DNA of 57,582 nucleotides from a virus. Lineage: Duplodnaviria; Caudoviricetes. Within the stretch, counting starts at the first letter, position 1; every line of letters starts with the position of its first letter. The notes beneath the pieces are model-generated. The model searched no databases, was not told where the DNA came from, and saw nothing but the letters and a program-made list of their open reading frames with translations. Positions 54,834 to 57,582 of this stretch are shown one piece after another. The position numbers were made by a program, and so were the translations under genes. The stretch covers positions 1 through 57,582 of the IMG/VR virus record IMGVR_UViG_3300037751_000355. The stretch is one strand, 5' to 3'.

Positions 54834-55033
54834 ATCTCCTCCTCTTCCACGAGGCGAGCACCGATCATACCTTCAATAAACCTAGTCGCTTCCGAGGCCG
54901 ACGCCTCGTCCTTGAACGAGGCCAGTGGATATATACCCATCGGTGTCCACATGTAGAGAGACGGCCTCTTGCGACCCGGCAGCTTGCCTACGCACAGCTT
55001 CGGCTTCCCGTCCTGTCCAATGCAGATACTCAC
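54830..55033 (-). CDS. Hypothetical protein
   Basis: GTG start overlapping the SLOG gene stop; GRKRPSL...LASF motif. Confidence 0.55.
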   Translation of the reverse strand: MSICIGQDGKPKLCVGKLPGRKRPSLYMWTPMGIYPLASFKDEASASEATRFIEGMIGARLVEEEEI

Positions 55034-55416
55034 GGCTCGTTCCCTCCTGTCCCCTCGGGTGCGGCGCGGGCGGCGGCAACGTCGTGGACGTAGACCGTCA
55101 GTCCCTTGGAGAGCGCAGTTTCGATCATGTGCTTGGTTCCGCGGCTCGATCCGTCCCACACCGCTATCAGGGCGTCGGCGTTCGCTGCCATCTCCACATT
55201 GCGCCGGAATCCTGCTGAGTTTCCCCACAGCCTCCACATAGCCGGGTAGTATTCAACAGGGATGCCACGCTGTGACGCCCACTTCTCGCCCTGCCTGTCG
55301 ATCCCACGAGCGCCACCGGACAGCACGACCGTGGGCAAGATGCCCGATTCCTCCACGGCCTTCACCACGAGTGTGTAGCTGTTGAGGTCGCGGGAACCGG
55401 CGATGATCACCCTCAT
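55030..55416 (-). CDS. YspA/SLOG (DUF2493-like) protein
   Basis: IIAGSR, VLSGGARGID..GE.WA, AG..RN..MA..ADALIAVWDG.SRGT..MI. Confidence 0.85.
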   Translation of the reverse strand: MRVIIAGSRDLNSYTLVVKAVEESGILPTVVLSGGARGIDRQGEKWASQRGIPVEYYPAMWRLWGNSAGFRRNVEMAANADALIAVWDGSSRGTKHMIETALSKGLTVYVHDVAAARAAPEGTGGNEP

Positions 55417-55613
55417 GGCTCATTACCTCCCCTCCCCTCGGGTGCGACTCGATCCACGTACACAGACCACCTCGTGCCATCGGGTAGGTCGAACGTCATC
55501 CGCCCCGTGGCCGCTCCGTCCTTGGGTACGTCGTGCTTGCCGGTCATGGATCCGTCTACGGCTTCTCTCGTCACGAGATCCCAAAGCTTTTCAATCGGAT
55601 GCTTCTCGGTCAT
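55413..55613 (-). CDS. Hypothetical protein present only in allele B
   Basis: Starts MTEKHP at an ATGA overlap; ends in the GCACCCGAG junction; absent between the same neighbours at 117-120. Confidence 0.65.
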   Translation of the reverse strand: MTEKHPIEKLWDLVTREAVDGSMTGKHDVPKDGAATGRMTFDLPDGTRWSVYVDRVAPEGRGGNEP

Positions 55614-55843
55614 GATTTCTCCTCGGGTGCGGCGCGGAGACGTTTGAGTAGGTCGCGGGCGTCTCGCAGCGCGACTCCGATCACGAGGTCGGGGTCGTGG
55701 TTCGGGCGTGCCGGAATCGACATGACCCACTCGCGCGAGCCCTCCCTGCCTCTCGGCTTGCACAGCGCGGACACCATATCCCACGCTCGGTCGATGCGCG
55801 CCTCGATGGCGTCGAGGCTCATATCTCGGTCACTAGGCGTCAC
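55610..55843 (-). CDS. Hypothetical protein (allele B of 117-353)
   Basis: Near-identical translation. Confidence 0.8.
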   Translation of the reverse strand: MTPSDRDMSLDAIEARIDRAWDMVSALCKPRGREGSREWVMSIPARPNHDPDLVIGVALRDARDLLKRLRAAPEEKS

Positions 55844-56081
55844 TGGTTGCTTCTCCCGTATCTGTCGTGGCGCCCCCGGAGCGGAGCCGAAAGGAAAAGA
55901 GTTCTGCTAGCGTACGCGCGTGCCAGGGCCGGGACCAATCACTCCACGCGCCAGTGAACGCGTCCATCACTTCCGTGAGCGTGTAGCGGGGCTCGGAGGA
56001 TCTCTCCGTGAACGCCCACGAGGGTCGGCGAGTCACAACCCCTATCTGGCCACAACACGGGCACCTCTCGGCCACGCTCAT
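55833..56081 (-). CDS. Mosaic hypothetical protein (allele B)
   Basis: Shares EPRYTL and RLRSGGATTDTGEATSD with the end of 340-1452. Confidence 0.6.
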   Translation of the reverse strand: MSVAERCPCCGQIGVVTRRPSWAFTERSSEPRYTLTEVMDAFTGAWSDWSRPWHARTLAELFSFRLRSGGATTDTGEATSDA

Positions 56082-57582
56082 TGTCCGTCCCCCATGTCGC
56101 GGGGCTCGGCTGCGGGCTCGGGGGAGCGGAGCGCGGCGAATGCGGCCTCGGCCTTCGCTTCGACATCACGTGCGACAGACTCGTCGACCGCTATGTACAG
56201 GCACCGGAGTGCCTTCCTGGCTTCGGCAAGCGCATCCCCCACGTCGGCCCCTCGCACGTCCTCGGAGGCGTGTCGTTCGCACGGTGTTGGTAAGATGCAC
56301 ATCGCTTCTTGGCCCCAACCGTCCGTAAAGAACGCCCCGCAGAGGTCCATCTTTCGGATCCGCGTTTGTACATCCTTCTTCACGGACTCGTCCGAATCGA
56401 CGTCCTCGGGCACCACGTCCATGTCGTTGACCATCGCTAGGAAAGCGTCGTCGTAGTCGGGGAAGTCGGCGGGCTCGGGATCTGGCTCATGACGTGTCGG
56501 CGCGGCGATCTCACCGACCGCGGCCATCGGCTCGGGCCGTACGTCCTCGGGGGAGCGGCGACGGTCGGTGCCGGTGCGATTCCACACGCGTCCGCTTGCA
56601 GCAGCCTCGGCCGCGTGTCGGACGTCCGGGTCACGCTCCCCCCGGGGACGCTCCCTCCGTCGCTCGCGCGGCGCGTCTCCAGAGAGCGACTGGCCGCATT
56701 CCTTACACGGCAGAAGGCCGCGACACGTGCCCACGATGAGCGCGCCTACGGGGTCCTTCTTGGCCCACGCCTCAGACGCGATCTGCATGACCCGCCCGTA
56801 GCCGAACCGCCCGCACAACGCAACGACCTGCTGCTCCTCGTGGTCGCGCTGCTCGACGCTCGGGTCGGGGCGCCCGGGGGAGCGGCGACGGTCGGTGCCG
56901 CGGGGGTTTGTACCGACGAGCCTCTCCCACGCCAACCGTTGGTGGTCTGGTAAATCGACACTACGCCTCTCGCCCCCAACCCGGCGCACGTCCTCGGGGG
57001 AGCGGAGCGCGGCGACCAACAGACCGATGAGTCGGTGGGCCTTGGTTATGTGATCGTTGAGTGTACCGCTCGGAATACCGTCTCTGAGGTAGCCATGATC
57101 GAACTCGCTGGCCTCTCTAATCAGAGCACTCACGTCGGCCCCTCGCACGTCCTCGGGCACCACGTCCATGTCGTTGACCATGGCGACGTGATCGGGGTCC
57201 GCTGCCGTGGGGGCGGGTCCCCCGGACGGAACCCACGCTGCGCCCGTCCAGAACCGAACCGGCACAACATCAATGCCCAGAAGCCTCGCGGCTGCGATGC
57301 GGTGATGGCCGTCGATGACGGTCCATGTGTCATACCGGACAGTCACCGGCTCACAGATGGGGGCACCCGCCAACAGGCTCTCGTAGACCGCATCAAAACG
57401 CTTGTGTCCGGGGGCGAGTTGCGGTGTTGGCGGCCACTCGGTGCGAAGAAGTTGAATCGGTACCATCACGCATCTATCCCCCTCCTCCGTCTCGGCGGGC
57501 TCGGGAGCGACTGGCGCGGGCACTCGCCACCAGTTCGCGATGGAAGTAAACCAGCGATCGGTGAGGTCGACACACGCCGTGT
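56078..57582 (-). CDS. Mosaic multi-module protein with ParB/Srx-like module (5' truncated by window end)
   Basis: Frame open to the window end; P.TV......VIDGHHR..AA..LG...VPV; repeated linkers. Confidence 0.75.
   Translation of the reverse strand, partial: TACVDLTDRWFTSIANWWRVPAPVAPEPAETEEGDRCVMVPIQLLRTEWPPTPQLAPGHKRFDAVYESLLAGAPICEPVTVRYDTWTVIDGHHRIAAARLLGIDVVPVRFWTGAAWVPSGGPAPTAADPDHVAMVNDMDVVPEDVRGADVSALIREASEFDHGYLRDGIPSGTLNDHITKAHRLIGLLVAALRSPEDVRRVGGERRSVDLPDHQRLAWERLVGTNPRGTDRRRSPGRPDPSVEQRDHEEQQVVALCGRFGYGRVMQIASEAWAKKDPVGALIVGTCRGLLPCKECGQSLSGDAPRERRRERPRGERDPDVRHAAEAAASGRVWNRTGTDRRRSPEDVRPEPMAAVGEIAAPTRHEPDPEPADFPDYDDAFLAMVNDMDVVPEDVDSDESVKKDVQTRIRKMDLCGAFFTDGWGQEAMCILPTPCERHASEDVRGADVGDALAEARKALRCLYIAVDESVARDVEAKAEAAFAALRSPEPAAEPRDMGDGQ

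Noticed and set aside
55833-57582. CRISPR array suggested by recurring 20-35 nt repeats
   Set aside because: Several different repeat types, irregular long spacing, all in-frame coding, and no cas operon.
55297-57582. True direct terminal repeat
   Set aside because: Identity stops after 112 nt and gene content then differs.

Overview
The window is an essentially complete ~55.3 kb GC-rich tailed-phage genome of podovirus type: TerS/TerL, intein-containing portal, scaffold, major capsid, adaptor, nozzle, tail spikes and three ejection-type proteins, with no tape measure protein and no recognisable integrase. Bases 1-112 are identical to 55297-55408, so the sequence can be circularised. The last ~2.2 kb, however, is a different allele of the first ~2.3 kb: a hypervariable locus in which unrelated protein modules sit between a fixed, co-linear set of short in-frame linker repeats. 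Other notable items: (1) a 78-nt tmRNA reduced to its tRNA-like domain; (2) a portal intein that starts with Pro; (3) a TTGACW-N7-TAWCWT motif upstream of three virion operons, alongside a sigma-region-4-like HTH in TerS; (4) a three-glycosyltransferase locus, one enzyme fused to a trigger-factor-like FKBP domain; (5) a split, UDG-fused family A polymerase; (6) a tandem GroES; (7) tRNA-Asn and an RNA ligase; (8) a sigma54-type early promoter; (9) a candidate iteron origin; (10) strong CAG/CTG depletion in core genes. All protein calls come from motif recognition by eye; no database searches were run.
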